This document shows, piece after piece, positions 41,199-50,816 of a DNA stretch of 64,000 nucleotides (position 1 is the stretch's first letter; each line of letters opens with the position of its first letter). The stretch comes from an uncultured delta proteobacterium (lineage in GTDB: Bacteria; Myxococcota; Myxococcia; SLRQ01): the NCBI GenBank assembly GCA_963727485.1, contig CAVSGM010000002.1, forward strand, positions 1,440,001-1,504,000, in the 5' to 3' direction. Position numbers and translations under genes: made by a program. The notes below the pieces were generated by a model. It ran no database searches. It had not been told where the DNA came from and saw only the letters and a program-made list of their open reading frames with translations.

Positions 41199-41921
41199 CT
41201 AGCTGCCGGTGATCCCGGTGACCCCGAGGGCCACGAAGACCGCCTGGGAGTCCACGTCGTAGTGCACGTCCACCTCCGGGAGCAGCCGCAGGCCCCGGCC
41301 GGTGGCGATCTCGGCGCCGACCACGATCCCCGGCTGGAACGAGAGCACCCCCACCGACTCGGTCTGCCCGCCCTGCTTGAGGAACGCCGAGGCCCTCCAG
41401 TTGGTCAGCAGGACCTTGGGCCCGAAGAAGAACAGGTGCCCGCCCTCGAGGGGCAGCCCGAAGAGCAGCGGGAGGTGGACGGTGTAGACGAAGCCCTTGA
41501 GGATCACCTGGTCCTTGGGGATGAGCGGCGAGAGGGCCTCGGCCAGCGGCCACACCAGGCTGGTCTCGATCCCCGGCGCCACCGCCACCTGGAGGTGCGG
41601 GAGGTCGAGGAAGCGGATCTTGAGGTCGGCCCCGACCCCGAGGTCGGCGGCGTGGACGTGGAGGCCCAGGTCCATGAACGAGGTGAGGCCGATGCGCGCC
41701 GAGGCCGAGACGTCGGGCTCCTGGGTGGCCGCGGGCAGCGGGGTGCCGGCGATGGTGCCCCCGAAGTGGAAGAGGTTCGAGGCCGAGGCGCTCACCTCCA
41801 CGTGCCCCGGGGCCACGGTCCGGGGGCTCTGGGCCACCAGGTAGCTGGGGCAGCCCGGGAGCGCGCCCAGGGCGAGGAGGGCGGCGAGGGCGGCGAGGCG
41901 TCGGGCTCCGGGGGCAGCCAT
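41199..41921 (-). CDS. Hypothetical lipoprotein, probably beta-barrel-like
   Basis: 'LPGC' lipobox; 'QSPRTVAPGHVE'; alternating beta-strand pattern. Confidence 0.7.
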   Translation of the reverse strand: MAAPGARRLAALAALLALGALPGCPSYLVAQSPRTVAPGHVEVSASASNLFHFGGTIAGTPLPAATQEPDVSASARIGLTSFMDLGLHVHAADLGVGADLKIRFLDLPHLQVAVAPGIETSLVWPLAEALSPLIPKDQVILKGFVYTVHLPLLFGLPLEGGHLFFFGPKVLLTNWRASAFLKQGGQTESVGVLSFQPGIVVGAEIATGRGLRLLPEVDVHYDVDSQAVFVALGVTGITGS

Positions 41922-41993
41922 GGGAGGGATGCTGCCACACCCGGCGGCGCCCCGCACCTTCGCCGGGCCCACTCCGGGTAGAATGGCCGCGCC

Positions 41994-42857
41994 GTGTACG
42001 ACGCCAACGAGGACACCGACCCGGGCATCAGCCTCCACGCCGCCGGTCCCTTCCGCGCGCTCCGGGAGACCACCCGCTTCCTCGGGGCCCACCGGCGGCT
42101 CTTCGTGCCCCTGGGGGTCCTGGCCCTGGTGGCGCTGGGGGTCCACGCCGCCGCCGACCACCTCGACGACTGGGTCTTCCGCCTCCTCGACGCCGCCGAC
42201 CGGGGCACCGAGGCCCTCTACGGCCGCTACGCCGACGCCCTGCTCTCCGAGCCGGCGGCGCGCAAGCTCGCCTTCGACGCCCTGGTCACCCTCGCGGACA
42301 AGGAGCGGTGGGCCAAGTGGATCGCCCTGGGGGTGGAGCTGCTCATCGACCTGCGCCTGTTCATCGGGGTCCTCGGCGCCTTCCCCGAGGACGAGCTCGC
42401 CTACGTGGTCGGGGGCAGCTCGCTGCTCCACCGCCTCGCCGCGGTCTTCGGCCGGCCCCTGGCGCGCCTGAAGATCGTCGCCGGCCACCTCGCCCGGTAC
42501 CTCATGCGCCCCACCGTGGAGAAGCTCTACCTCCCGGTGGCGGTGACCCTCGCCGTCGCCGCCGGCTGCCTGGCCCTGGAGGTCGCCGCGGACAACGCCT
42601 TCTTCGCCCTGGGCCAGCTGCTCCCCGCCACCTGGCACGTCGCGGGCGTCTTCTCCCCCTGGCCGGCGCGCATCGCCGCGGTGGTCGTCGCCTGGCGCCT
42701 GGGGATCCCGGCGATCGCCGGGAGCTTCGCCCGGGGGGAGGCGGTCCTCGCCCGGGACCTCGAGGACGGCGAGCCCCTGCTCCGGCGCACCGTCCGGGGG
42801 TGGTTCGGGGCCCTCATCCTCCTCCCGCTGCTCGCCGCCGGCCTCTTCCTCCACTGA
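41994..42857 (+). CDS. Hypothetical membrane protein
   Basis: Several TM segments; TGATG coupling to the M23 gene; TAGAAT -10 just upstream. Confidence 0.75.
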   Translation: MYDANEDTDPGISLHAAGPFRALRETTRFLGAHRRLFVPLGVLALVALGVHAAADHLDDWVFRLLDAADRGTEALYGRYADALLSEPAARKLAFDALVTLADKERWAKWIALGVELLIDLRLFIGVLGAFPEDELAYVVGGSSLLHRLAAVFGRPLARLKIVAGHLARYLMRPTVEKLYLPVAVTLAVAAGCLALEVAADNAFFALGQLLPATWHVAGVFSPWPARIAAVVVAWRLGIPAIAGSFARGEAVLARDLEDGEPLLRRTVRGWFGALILLPLLAAGLFLH

Positions 42858-43987
42858 TGTTCCACAAGCGACCCAGCGGCCTCCTCGACCTCCTCGCCAC
42901 CGTGGTGGCGGTGGTGGCGGTGTACACCGGGACCCCCCTGGGGGGCCTCGCCGACCGCCTGGTGGACCGGGCCTTCCACCTGGCGCCGCCGACCCGGCCC
43001 CTGCTCGCCTACTTCCACCTCCCGGACCCGAAGCTCGCCGAGGTGAAGCCCGGGGCGGCGCTGGTGAACCTGCCCCTCTCGGCCCCCCGGGCCCAGGACC
43101 GGAGCCTGGCGCGCCTGTCCACCGGCCTCGACCCCGACCTGGTCCGGGCCTTCGCCCAGGTGGCCGCCGGCGGCGTGGTCACCGCCGACACCTCGGGGAC
43201 CCTCTGGTACGACCTGCGCCCGCTCCCCCACCACGACGCCGATCGGGCGGCCCTGGGCCTGGCGAAGGTCGGGGAGACCGTGGGCCCGGACCTCGCCAAG
43301 GGGGTCCGGGCGCGCCTCGCCGACGCCCTGGAGATCCTCACGGCGGCCCGGCGGCAGCTCGGGGGCGACGACGCGGCGCTGGCCGCCTACGCCGTCGGCG
43401 ACCAGGTGGTCTTGCGGGCGGTGGCCCGGGCCCGGGCCCGCCACGCCGCCCACCCGGCGCGCCTCGATGGCTTCCGCCCGTTCCTCCTCCACCTCGCGGC
43501 GGTGCGCGCCGCCCACTTCGTGTCCGCGGTGGAGGACCTGCGCACCGCCTACACCATGCGCTGGCCGGTCCCCGCCACCGTCCCGGTCACCAGCCCCTAC
43601 GGGATGCGCGACCACCCGATCCTCCACGAGGACCTGATGCACGACGGGGTCGACCTCGGCGCCAGCCGGGGCACCCCCATCGACGCCACCGCCTCGGGGA
43701 AGGTGATCTACGCGGGCTTCGACGGCCTCAACGGCAACTACGTGAAGATCGACCACGGCTACGGCCTGGACACCGCCTACTGCCACGCGGAGAAGCTCCT
43801 GGTCCACACCGGCGACCACGTCTCCCGGGGCGAGCCCATCGCCCTGGTGGGGGCCACCGGCCGGGCCACCGGGCCGCATCTCCACTACGCGATCTTCGTC
43901 GGCGGCCGGCCGGTGGATCCCCTGGTGTTCCGGCCCGCGGATCTCACCCTGCGCTACGCCCCCAAGGACACCACCGCCGAGCCCTAA
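42857..43987 (+). CDS. M23 family metallopeptidase
   Basis: 'HDGVDL', 'YCH' and 'GATGRATGPHLHY'; N-terminal TM. Confidence 0.9.
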   Translation: MFHKRPSGLLDLLATVVAVVAVYTGTPLGGLADRLVDRAFHLAPPTRPLLAYFHLPDPKLAEVKPGAALVNLPLSAPRAQDRSLARLSTGLDPDLVRAFAQVAAGGVVTADTSGTLWYDLRPLPHHDADRAALGLAKVGETVGPDLAKGVRARLADALEILTAARRQLGGDDAALAAYAVGDQVVLRAVARARARHAAHPARLDGFRPFLLHLAAVRAAHFVSAVEDLRTAYTMRWPVPATVPVTSPYGMRDHPILHEDLMHDGVDLGASRGTPIDATASGKVIYAGFDGLNGNYVKIDHGYGLDTAYCHAEKLLVHTGDHVSRGEPIALVGATGRATGPHLHYAIFVGGRPVDPLVFRPADLTLRYAPKDTTAEP

Positions 43988-44040
43988 GCCCGCACGCCGG
44001 GGGTCGCCGGCCCGAGGTCGCCTGCGGCCGCGGGGTCCCT

Positions 44041-44853
44041 ATGATGGATTCGATGGTCTTCTGTCCCCGTTGCGGCCTCCACCTGGGTCGGGCCGCCCGC
44101 TGCCCGGAGTGCGGGGTCCCCGGTGTCGACGACGCCCACCGGGAGGCGGCCGGGGCCGGGCCCTTCGTGGCCGCCGCCACCCTCCTCGACCCCTTCGAGG
44201 GCCGGCACCTCGCCGAGCTCCTCGAGACCCGGCGGATCCCCACCCGGATCCGGCGCCGGTTCCACCGCGGCTGGCACCTCCACCTCCACGGGCCGAGGTG
44301 GGGGGAGCTGCTGGTCCCCGAGGCCCACCTCGCCGAGGCCCGGTCCCTGGTGGCCGCCCTGCGCGCCGACCTCGCCGCCTCGGACGCCCTCGCCGCGCAC
44401 CGGGCCCTCCTGGACCGCCCGGCCGCGGACGTGGAGCCGGTCCGCGGTCCCCTGCGTGCCTACACCGGCGGCGGGCCCCCGGTGGTGAGCCCCTTCGGGC
44501 GCTTCGGCTGGATCGAGGTCGCCGGCGGGCGCCTCGGCCCCGGCGGCCACCTCGAGGGGCGCCTGTCCACCGGGAGCCGGCTGGTGCGCTCGGTGGAGCT
44601 GGCCCTGGTCCCCGAGACCCCGGCGGCGCGCCCGGATCCCGCCGGCGCCCTGGCCCGTCAGCGCCTCGACCTCCCCGAGGCGGCCACCGTGGCCTTCACC
44701 CTCCGGATCCCCGGCGCCGACCCCCGGGCCGGGCACCACGGCTACCGCCTCGAGGCCCGGATCCTCGGCCGCAGCCACGTCCTGGCCACCGGCACCCTCC
44801 ACCTCCGGTGCCGGCCGACCCTCCTCGCCATGCCCGTCACAGGTAGGGCGTGA
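44041..44853 (+). CDS. Zn-ribbon plus DUF2007-like hypothetical protein
   Basis: CPRCG..CPECG; 'LLETRRIP...LLVPEAHLAEARSL'. Confidence 0.6.
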   Translation: MMDSMVFCPRCGLHLGRAARCPECGVPGVDDAHREAAGAGPFVAAATLLDPFEGRHLAELLETRRIPTRIRRRFHRGWHLHLHGPRWGELLVPEAHLAEARSLVAALRADLAASDALAAHRALLDRPAADVEPVRGPLRAYTGGGPPVVSPFGRFGWIEVAGGRLGPGGHLEGRLSTGSRLVRSVELALVPETPAARPDPAGALARQRLDLPEAATVAFTLRIPGADPRAGHHGYRLEARILGRSHVLATGTLHLRCRPTLLAMPVTGRA

Positions 44854-46276
44854 ACAGCCGCGCCACCCCGTCCCGGAGGCGCACCGGGAGGGGGCGGCCG
44901 TCGACCTCGGCGAGGGTCAGGGATCGGGCGGAGGCGATGCGCCCGGCGATGTAGTCGTCGAGGCGGCCGGCGACCTCGGGGTCGTAGCACTCGACGTTGA
45001 GCTCGAAGTTGAGGCGCAGGCTCCTGGGGTCCCAGTTCCCCGAGCCCATCAGGGTCCAGGTGCGGTCGACCACCAGGAGCTTGGAGTGGTCGAAGGGCGG
45101 CGGGGTCAGGTGCACCCGGCACCCGTGCTCCAGGACCTGCCAGAGCTGGGCGGTGGCGGCCCACTGGACCAGCGGCAGGTTGCCCTTGGCCGGGAGCACC
45201 AGATCCACCTCCACCCCCCGGAGGGCGGCCACGTTCAGGGAGGTGACCAGCGCCGGGTCCGGGAGGAAGTAGGGGGTCATCACCTTCACCGAGTGGCGGG
45301 CGCAGGCCAGCGCCCCGAGGATCGCCCAGCGCAGCTTCTCGAAGTCCTCGTCGGGGCCGTCGGCGATCCCCCGGGCCAGGGTGTGGCCCGCCGGGGCCAG
45401 CTTTGGGAAGAAGGCCTCGCCCTCGAGGCGCTCGCCGGTGGTGAAGGCCCAGTCCTCGGCGAAGACCTCCTGGAGGTGGGCGACCACCGGCCCCTCGACC
45501 CGGAAGTGGAGGTCCTGCACCGGGTGCTTCGGGTGCTCGGAGAGGGCGTGGCCCACCCGGAGGTTCATGCCCCCGGTGAACCCCAGCCTCCCGTCGGCGA
45601 CCAGGATCTTCCGGTGGTTGCGCAGGTTCATGTAGGGGATGCGCCAGGGCACCCGCGCCGGGAGGAAGCGCGCCACCTTCACCCCCCGCCGGCGCAGCAC
45701 CCGGTACATGGTGGGCAGCGAGTAGCGCAGGCCCACCGCGTCGGCGAGGACCCGCACCTCGACGCCCCGCCGGGCCGCCCGCTCCAAGGCGTCGGCGAAG
45801 CGCACGCCCACCGCGTCGTTGTCGAAGATGTAGGTGCACAGGGTGAGGCTCTTCTCGGCGCCGTCGATGGCCTCGAGCATCTGGGGGTAGGCGGCGTCGC
45901 CCCCGACCAGCAGGGCCACCCGGTTGCCCTCGGTCAGTGGCCGCCGGACCATCTGGTTCATCAGCTGGGCCAGGTGGTTCAGGTGGTGGCCCGCCGGCGA
46001 CAGGGCCCGGACCAGGGCCGGCTCGGGGAGGGCGTGGGGCGTTGGCGGCGCCGGGAGGGCGCGCTGGAGGGCGGCGGCCCGGCGCTTGATGCGGTTGACC
46101 CCGAGGAGCAGGTAGAGCACCGAGCCCACGAAGGGCACCAGCCAGATGAGGCCCACCCAGGCCACCGCGGCCCGGACGTCGCGCTTCTGGAGCACCGCGT
46201 GACCCGAGGCCAGCAGGGTCACCGCCAGGGTGAGGGCCGCGGCCAGGTTGGGCCAGATTGCCTCGAGGTGGCTCAC
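44837..46276 (-). CDS. cls: Cardiolipin synthase
   Basis: Two HKD motifs (RNHRKILVAD, HSKLLVVD); PLDc_N TM hairpin. Confidence 0.93.
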   Translation of the reverse strand: MSHLEAIWPNLAAALTLAVTLLASGHAVLQKRDVRAAVAWVGLIWLVPFVGSVLYLLLGVNRIKRRAAALQRALPAPPTPHALPEPALVRALSPAGHHLNHLAQLMNQMVRRPLTEGNRVALLVGGDAAYPQMLEAIDGAEKSLTLCTYIFDNDAVGVRFADALERAARRGVEVRVLADAVGLRYSLPTMYRVLRRRGVKVARFLPARVPWRIPYMNLRNHRKILVADGRLGFTGGMNLRVGHALSEHPKHPVQDLHFRVEGPVVAHLQEVFAEDWAFTTGERLEGEAFFPKLAPAGHTLARGIADGPDEDFEKLRWAILGALACARHSVKVMTPYFLPDPALVTSLNVAALRGVEVDLVLPAKGNLPLVQWAATAQLWQVLEHGCRVHLTPPPFDHSKLLVVDRTWTLMGSGNWDPRSLRLNFELNVECYDPEVAGRLDDYIAGRIASARSLTLAEVDGRPLPVRLRDGVARLFTPYL

Positions 46277-46410
46277 GGGAGTGCGAGGATGCCGGGGGGC
46301 TTCGGAGCGGTCAAGGAAGGTGCGGCCGGCGTCGGGTTTCGGGCGTGGGTGCGCCGGGTCGCCTATCATGGGCGCAGGTCCCCGCCCGGCTCCCGCAAGG
46401 AAGGCCCGCC

Positions 46411-47346
46411 ATGCTCCGTCGCTTCGCCCCGCTCCTCGTCCTCGTCCTCCTCGCCGCCGCCGGCCCCGCCGCGGCCCAGGGGCAGCCCCCCAACCTGGTG
46501 GAGCTGTCCACCGGCAGCACCGGGAGCGCCACCGCCCAGTACGTGGCCCTCCGGGCGACGGACCGCAGCCAGCTCGACGGGGCCCGGCTCACCGTGGAGG
46601 ACAGCCAGGGCAACCCCCTCGCCGACTTCGCCGACTTCACCAGCCCGGGCCCGGTCGACTCCAGCGGCTACGTGCTGGTGGCCTCCGCCGACGCGGTGAC
46701 CGTGTACGGGATCAACCCCCTGGTCCTCGCGGACCACGCCAGCCTCCCCGCCGCCGGCGGGCGCCTCTGCCTCTCGGTGGCGACCGCCAACCTGGGGGCG
46801 GACGGGGGCACCGGTGCCGACGCGGGCGTGGACGCGGGCGTGGACGCGGGCACCGGTGCCGACGCGGGCGTCGACGGCGGCGTCGACGGTGGCACGGTCC
46901 CGATGACGGACGTGGACTGCGTCGCCTGGGGCCAGTACACGGGGAGCAACGGCAGCTGGGGGTCGCCGGTCGTCGCCGGCGGCGTGCGGGGGACGGCCCT
47001 CCTCCGCATCGCCTTCACCGGCACCAACGTCAGCGACTGGCAGAACACCACCCCCAACCCCGCCCTCTACCAGCCCATCGGACCCGTCGACGGCGGGGTG
47101 GGCGACGGGGGCGCGGCCGACGCCGGGGCCGGGGACGGAGGGGTCGCCGACGCCGGCGGAGGGATCGGCACCCAACCCGGGCCGGTCCCCGGCGGCGACG
47201 GCAAGGTGCCCCTCGGCACCAGCGGCTGCAGCGCCACCGCCACCGGCTCCGGGGGGATGCTGGCCCTGGGGCTCCTCCTCGCGGGGCTGGGCCTGGTCGC
47301 CCTCCGGCGTCGCCGGGCCGTTGACCCGCCGGAGGGGCGGCGCTAG
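46411..47346 (+). CDS. MYXO-CTERM-sorted surface protein
   Basis: Signal peptide; DAG/DGG low-complexity linkers; C-terminal 'SGCSA...LGLLLAGLGLVALRRRR'. Confidence 0.8.
   Translation: MLRRFAPLLVLVLLAAAGPAAAQGQPPNLVELSTGSTGSATAQYVALRATDRSQLDGARLTVEDSQGNPLADFADFTSPGPVDSSGYVLVASADAVTVYGINPLVLADHASLPAAGGRLCLSVATANLGADGGTGADAGVDAGVDAGTGADAGVDGGVDGGTVPMTDVDCVAWGQYTGSNGSWGSPVVAGGVRGTALLRIAFTGTNVSDWQNTTPNPALYQPIGPVDGGVGDGGAADAGAGDGGVADAGGGIGTQPGPVPGGDGKVPLGTSGCSATATGSGGMLALGLLLAGLGLVALRRRRAVDPPEGRR
46798..46900 (+). repeat. Coding tandem repeats (GTGADAG / VDAG)
   Basis: Repeated gacgcgggcgtg and ggcaccggtgccgacgcgggc units. Confidence 0.7.
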
Positions 47347-47358
47347 GTTGCGCGCGCC

Positions 47359-47601
47359 ATGCGCGCCACCGTCTACGTGAGCCTCAAGCCCGGCGTCCTC
47401 GATCCCCAGGGCAAGGCCGTCCACCGCTCGCTGGCCACCCTCGGCTTCGAGGAGGTCAGCGGGGTGCGCATCGGCCGCGCCATCACCCTGGAGCTCGAGG
47501 GCACCGACCGCGAGCAGGCCCAGGCCCAGCTCGAGCAGATGTGCCAGAAGCTCCTCGCCAACCCGGTGATCGAGGACTACCGCATCGAGCTCGAGGGCTA
47601 G
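47359..47601 (+). CDS. purS: FGAM synthase subunit PurS
   Basis: '[10 protein letters not shown]' and '[10 protein letters not shown]'. Confidence 0.97.
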   Translation: MRATVYVSLKPGVLDPQGKAVHRSLATLGFEEVSGVRIGRAITLELEGTDREQAQAQLEQMCQKLLANPVIEDYRIELEG

Positions 47602-47605
47602 GGCC

Positions 47606-48277
47606 ATGGCGCGCGCGCCCGTCTTCGGCATCGTCGTCTTCCCCGGCTCCAACTGCGACCGGGACGTCCGCCACGTGGTGGAGTCGGTGGCGGGCGCCCG
47701 GAGCCGCTTCCTCTGGCACAAGGACACGGACCTCGGGGACGTGGACCTGGTGGTGCTCCCCGGCGGCTTCTCCTACGGCGACTACCTGCGCGCCGGCGCC
47801 ATCGCCCACCTCTCGCCGATCATGGCCGAGGTGAGGCGCTTCGCCGAAGCCGGCCGCCCGGTCCTCGGCATCTGCAACGGCTTCCAGGTGCTCTGCGAGT
47901 CGGGGATGCTCCCCGGCGCGCTCCTGCGCAACGCCTCGATGCACTTCGTCTGCCAGGACGCCACCTGCACCGTGGAGACCGGCCGCACCCCGTTCACCGC
48001 CGGCCTCGAGGGCGAGTCGATCCTCATGCCCGTGGCCCACGGCGACGGAAACTACTTCCTCGGCGCCGAGGACCTCGACCGCCTCGAGGGCCAGGGCCAG
48101 GTGGTCTTCCGCTACCGGGACAACCCCAACGGCTCGGTGAACGACATCGCCGGGGTGTGCAACGCCGCGGGGAACGTGGTGGGGCTGATGCCGCACCCGG
48201 AGCGCAGCGCCGAGCAGGTCCTGGGCACCGACGCCGGCAAGCGGATCTTCGAGGCGGCGATCGCGTCGGTGGCGTAG
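47606..48277 (+). CDS. purQ: FGAM synthase subunit PurQ
   Basis: 'FPGSNCD', '[11 protein letters not shown]', 'GICNGFQ' and 'MPHPER'. Confidence 0.97.
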   Translation: MARAPVFGIVVFPGSNCDRDVRHVVESVAGARSRFLWHKDTDLGDVDLVVLPGGFSYGDYLRAGAIAHLSPIMAEVRRFAEAGRPVLGICNGFQVLCESGMLPGALLRNASMHFVCQDATCTVETGRTPFTAGLEGESILMPVAHGDGNYFLGAEDLDRLEGQGQVVFRYRDNPNGSVNDIAGVCNAAGNVVGLMPHPERSAEQVLGTDAGKRIFEAAIASVA

Positions 48278-48279
48278 AG

Positions 48280-48471
48280 GTGACTGTGGAGCAGACGCAG
48301 ACCGAGGTTCTCCGGCGCATGACGCCGGGCCAACGCCTCGAGGCGGCGGTGCGCCTCTACTGGTCGGCGCGGGAGCTCAAGGCCGCGATGGTGCGATCCC
48401 AGCACCCCGAGTGGACCGAGGCCCAGGTCGCCGAGGCGGTGAAGAGGGCGTTCATGTATGCCCGCACCTGA
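48280..48471 (+). CDS. Small protein, putative TA partner
   Basis: 'LRRMTPGQRL...RSQHPEWTEAQV'; overlaps the downstream nucleotidyltransferase gene. Confidence 0.7.
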   Translation: MTVEQTQTEVLRRMTPGQRLEAAVRLYWSARELKAAMVRSQHPEWTEAQVAEAVKRAFMYART

Positions 48472-49027
48472 CCTCAACGTCTTCCTGCTCTTCACCGAAC
48501 CGCTCGAGCGCCTGGGGGTCGACTACGTGGTCACCGGGAGCGTGGCGGCGATGCTCTACGGCGAGCCGCGCCTCACCCATGACGTCGATCTCATCCTCGA
48601 GCTCGCTCGCGACTTCCCGCCGGAATCGCTGGAGGCGGCGTTCCCGCCCGAGGCCTTCTACTGCCCCCCGGCCGAGGTGATCGAGGTCGAGCGGGCGCGG
48701 CCGCGGCGCGGCCACTTCAACCTCATCCACCACGAGACGGGGTTCAAGGCCGACGTGTACCTCTCGGGTGAGGACCTGCTGAACCGCTGGGCCCTGGCCT
48801 CGAGCCGGCGTCTCGAGGTCGGCGGGAAGACGATCCGCGTGGCCTCGCCGGAGTACGTGATCGTCCGCAAGCTGCAGTTCTTCGCCGAGGGTGGCTCGGC
48901 GAAGCACGAGACCGACATCGCGGCGATGCTGCGCCTCACGCCGGTGGACGAGGCGGTGATCGCGGAGCGCGCCGCCGAGCTCGGGCTGCTGGAGCTCTGG
49001 CAGCGGATCCGCGACGCGGCTCGCTGA
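48458..49027 (+). CDS. Pol-beta-superfamily nucleotidyltransferase
   Basis: 'VTGSVAAMLYGEPRLTHDVDL', 'KADVY', 'SPEYVIVRKL' and 'KHETDI'. Confidence 0.8.
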   Translation: MPAPDLNVFLLFTEPLERLGVDYVVTGSVAAMLYGEPRLTHDVDLILELARDFPPESLEAAFPPEAFYCPPAEVIEVERARPRRGHFNLIHHETGFKADVYLSGEDLLNRWALASSRRLEVGGKTIRVASPEYVIVRKLQFFAEGGSAKHETDIAAMLRLTPVDEAVIAERAAELGLLELWQRIRDAAR

Positions 49028-49402
49028 GGGCAGGCCGGGGACCCGGTGGCGTCAGATGTATTTTCTAGGGGCTCTCCTGAGCCACCGCCATGAGGACCCC
49101 GCGCACCCTCGGCTCGCGGGCCCCCTGGCACCGTGGCTCGGACGCCAGTACGGCGAGGCGACGGTGGCCCAGGCGAAGGCGGCCCTCGCGGCGGCGCTGG
49201 TCGGAACGCCGACGCCATCCCCCATCTCGAGCGCGCCCTGGCCCTCCAGCTCCCATCCTCGGGCGCGATGGTGCCGAGCTGCCTCGTCGACCTGGCCGAC
49301 GCCCGCTGGAAGACCGGCGACGACGCGGGCGCCGCCGACGCCTGGCGCCGCCGACGCCTGGCGCGCCCGGCACCCGCACTGGAAGCCGGACGTCGTGTCG
49401 CC

Positions 49403-49948
49403 CTAGCCGTTCTCCGGCGCCCTGAACTTCTCGTTGTACATCTGGATCCCCGCGCGCAGGATCCGCTGCGCCTCCACCGGCCCCTGGAAGTCCTCGACCA
49501 CGACCTCCTTGTTCTCCAGGACCTTGTAGTCCCGGAAGAAGCGCTGGATCTCCACCAGCACGTGGCGGGGGAGCTGGGTGTGGTGGGTGTACTCGGCGTA
49601 GGCCGGGTCCTCGAGGCTCACCGCCAGGATCTTGTCGTCGATGCCCTTCTCGTCGCGCATCCGGAAGGCGCCGATGGGCCTCGCCTCGACGATGGTCAGC
49701 GGGTAGACCGGCTCCTGGCCCAGGACCAGGATGTCCAGCGGGTCGCCGTCGTCGCAGTAGGTCTGGGGGATGAAGCCGTAGTCGGCCGGGTAGTGGACCG
49801 CGCTGTAGAGGGTCCGGTCCAGGCGCAGCATGCCCGTGGACTTGTCGAGCTCGTACTTGTTCTTCGAGCCCTTGGGGACCTCGATGACGGCGGGGACCCG
49901 CTCCATGGCGAGGTCGGGGTCCAGGGGAATGTCGTGCCAGGGATGCAT
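49403..49948 (-). CDS. ppa: Inorganic pyrophosphatase
   Basis: 'KYELDK', 'YGFIPQT', 'DGDPLD' and 'DDKI'. Confidence 0.96.
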   Translation of the reverse strand: MHPWHDIPLDPDLAMERVPAVIEVPKGSKNKYELDKSTGMLRLDRTLYSAVHYPADYGFIPQTYCDDGDPLDILVLGQEPVYPLTIVEARPIGAFRMRDEKGIDDKILAVSLEDPAYAEYTHHTQLPRHVLVEIQRFFRDYKVLENKEVVVEDFQGPVEAQRILRAGIQMYNEKFRAPENG

Positions 49949-50071
49949 GGGCGCCTATATAGGCCGGGCCGCGGCCCGGGCGTAGCTTTTTTCCCGAACG
50001 GTTCGTCGGCGCCGGGGGCGCGGGGGCCGCGGGGTCGACGCCCGGCGGCGCCTCGTGGCACCCTGGGCCCC

Positions 50072-50740
50072 ATGGGACGGGGGATCACGGCGATGCTGGC
50101 GGCGGCGCTCGTCCTCGCCGGCTGCCCCGCCTTCTGCCCCAAGGGTGCCACCGAGCACGGCGCCGCGCCGCCCAAGGGCCAGGCGCGCTTCTGCACCGCG
50201 CCCGGACCCGGGGGCCAGCCGGTGAAGGTGGGCCCGCGCAAGGTGTGGTGGGACAACGGCAGGCTCAAGCTCGAGGAGCACTACCGCGCCGGCAAGCTCG
50301 ACGGGGTGCAGACCGTGTTCCACGAGAACGGCCGGCGCTTCACCGAGAGCCACTTCCGGGGCGGGGCGCAGAGCGGACCGTTCACCCAGTGGACCGAGCG
50401 GGGCCAGCTCTTGCGCCAGGGCGCCTACGCCAAGGGCAAGCGCACCGGGCACTGGACCACCTTCCACCTCGACGGCACCAAGGCCCAAGAGGGCGACTAC
50501 CGCGACGACCTCAAGGACGGCCGCTGGGTGGTCTACCGGGACGACGGGGTGCCCCTGGAGGCGATGATCTACCGGCGGGGCGTGCTCGAGGGGCCGTATG
50601 TGGTCTGGTACCGCAACGGCTCCAAGCAAGAGCAGGGCACCTACCACCGGGGCGTGAAGGACGGGGTGACGCAGACCTGGGATCGGCTGGGCAAGCCCAC
50701 CGGGAAGGTCACCTGGCGTCACGGGCACCGGGTGCGCTGA
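50072..50740 (+). CDS. MORN-2/YwqK-like repeat lipoprotein
   Basis: Lipobox 'LAGC'; repeats of 'G.Y..G...G.W....NG'. Confidence 0.85.
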   Translation: MGRGITAMLAAALVLAGCPAFCPKGATEHGAAPPKGQARFCTAPGPGGQPVKVGPRKVWWDNGRLKLEEHYRAGKLDGVQTVFHENGRRFTESHFRGGAQSGPFTQWTERGQLLRQGAYAKGKRTGHWTTFHLDGTKAQEGDYRDDLKDGRWVVYRDDGVPLEAMIYRRGVLEGPYVVWYRNGSKQEQGTYHRGVKDGVTQTWDRLGKPTGKVTWRHGHRVR

Positions 50741-50799
50741 GGCGCCTCGGCCTTCGGCTCCCGAGTCCTCGACGCTCGACACCGGCCGCGGCGGAAGAT

Positions 50800-50816
50800 A
50801 TATCGGATCACGATAT
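50800..50816 (+). promoter_or_regulatory. Putative MarR operator overlapping the ClC start codon
   Basis: Perfect inverted repeat ATATCG-N5-CGATAT in an AT-rich patch. Confidence 0.6.

Noticed and set aside
49056..49406. ORFs between the nucleotidyltransferase and ppa
   Set aside because: Fragmentary TPR-like pieces in several frames; no confident gene model
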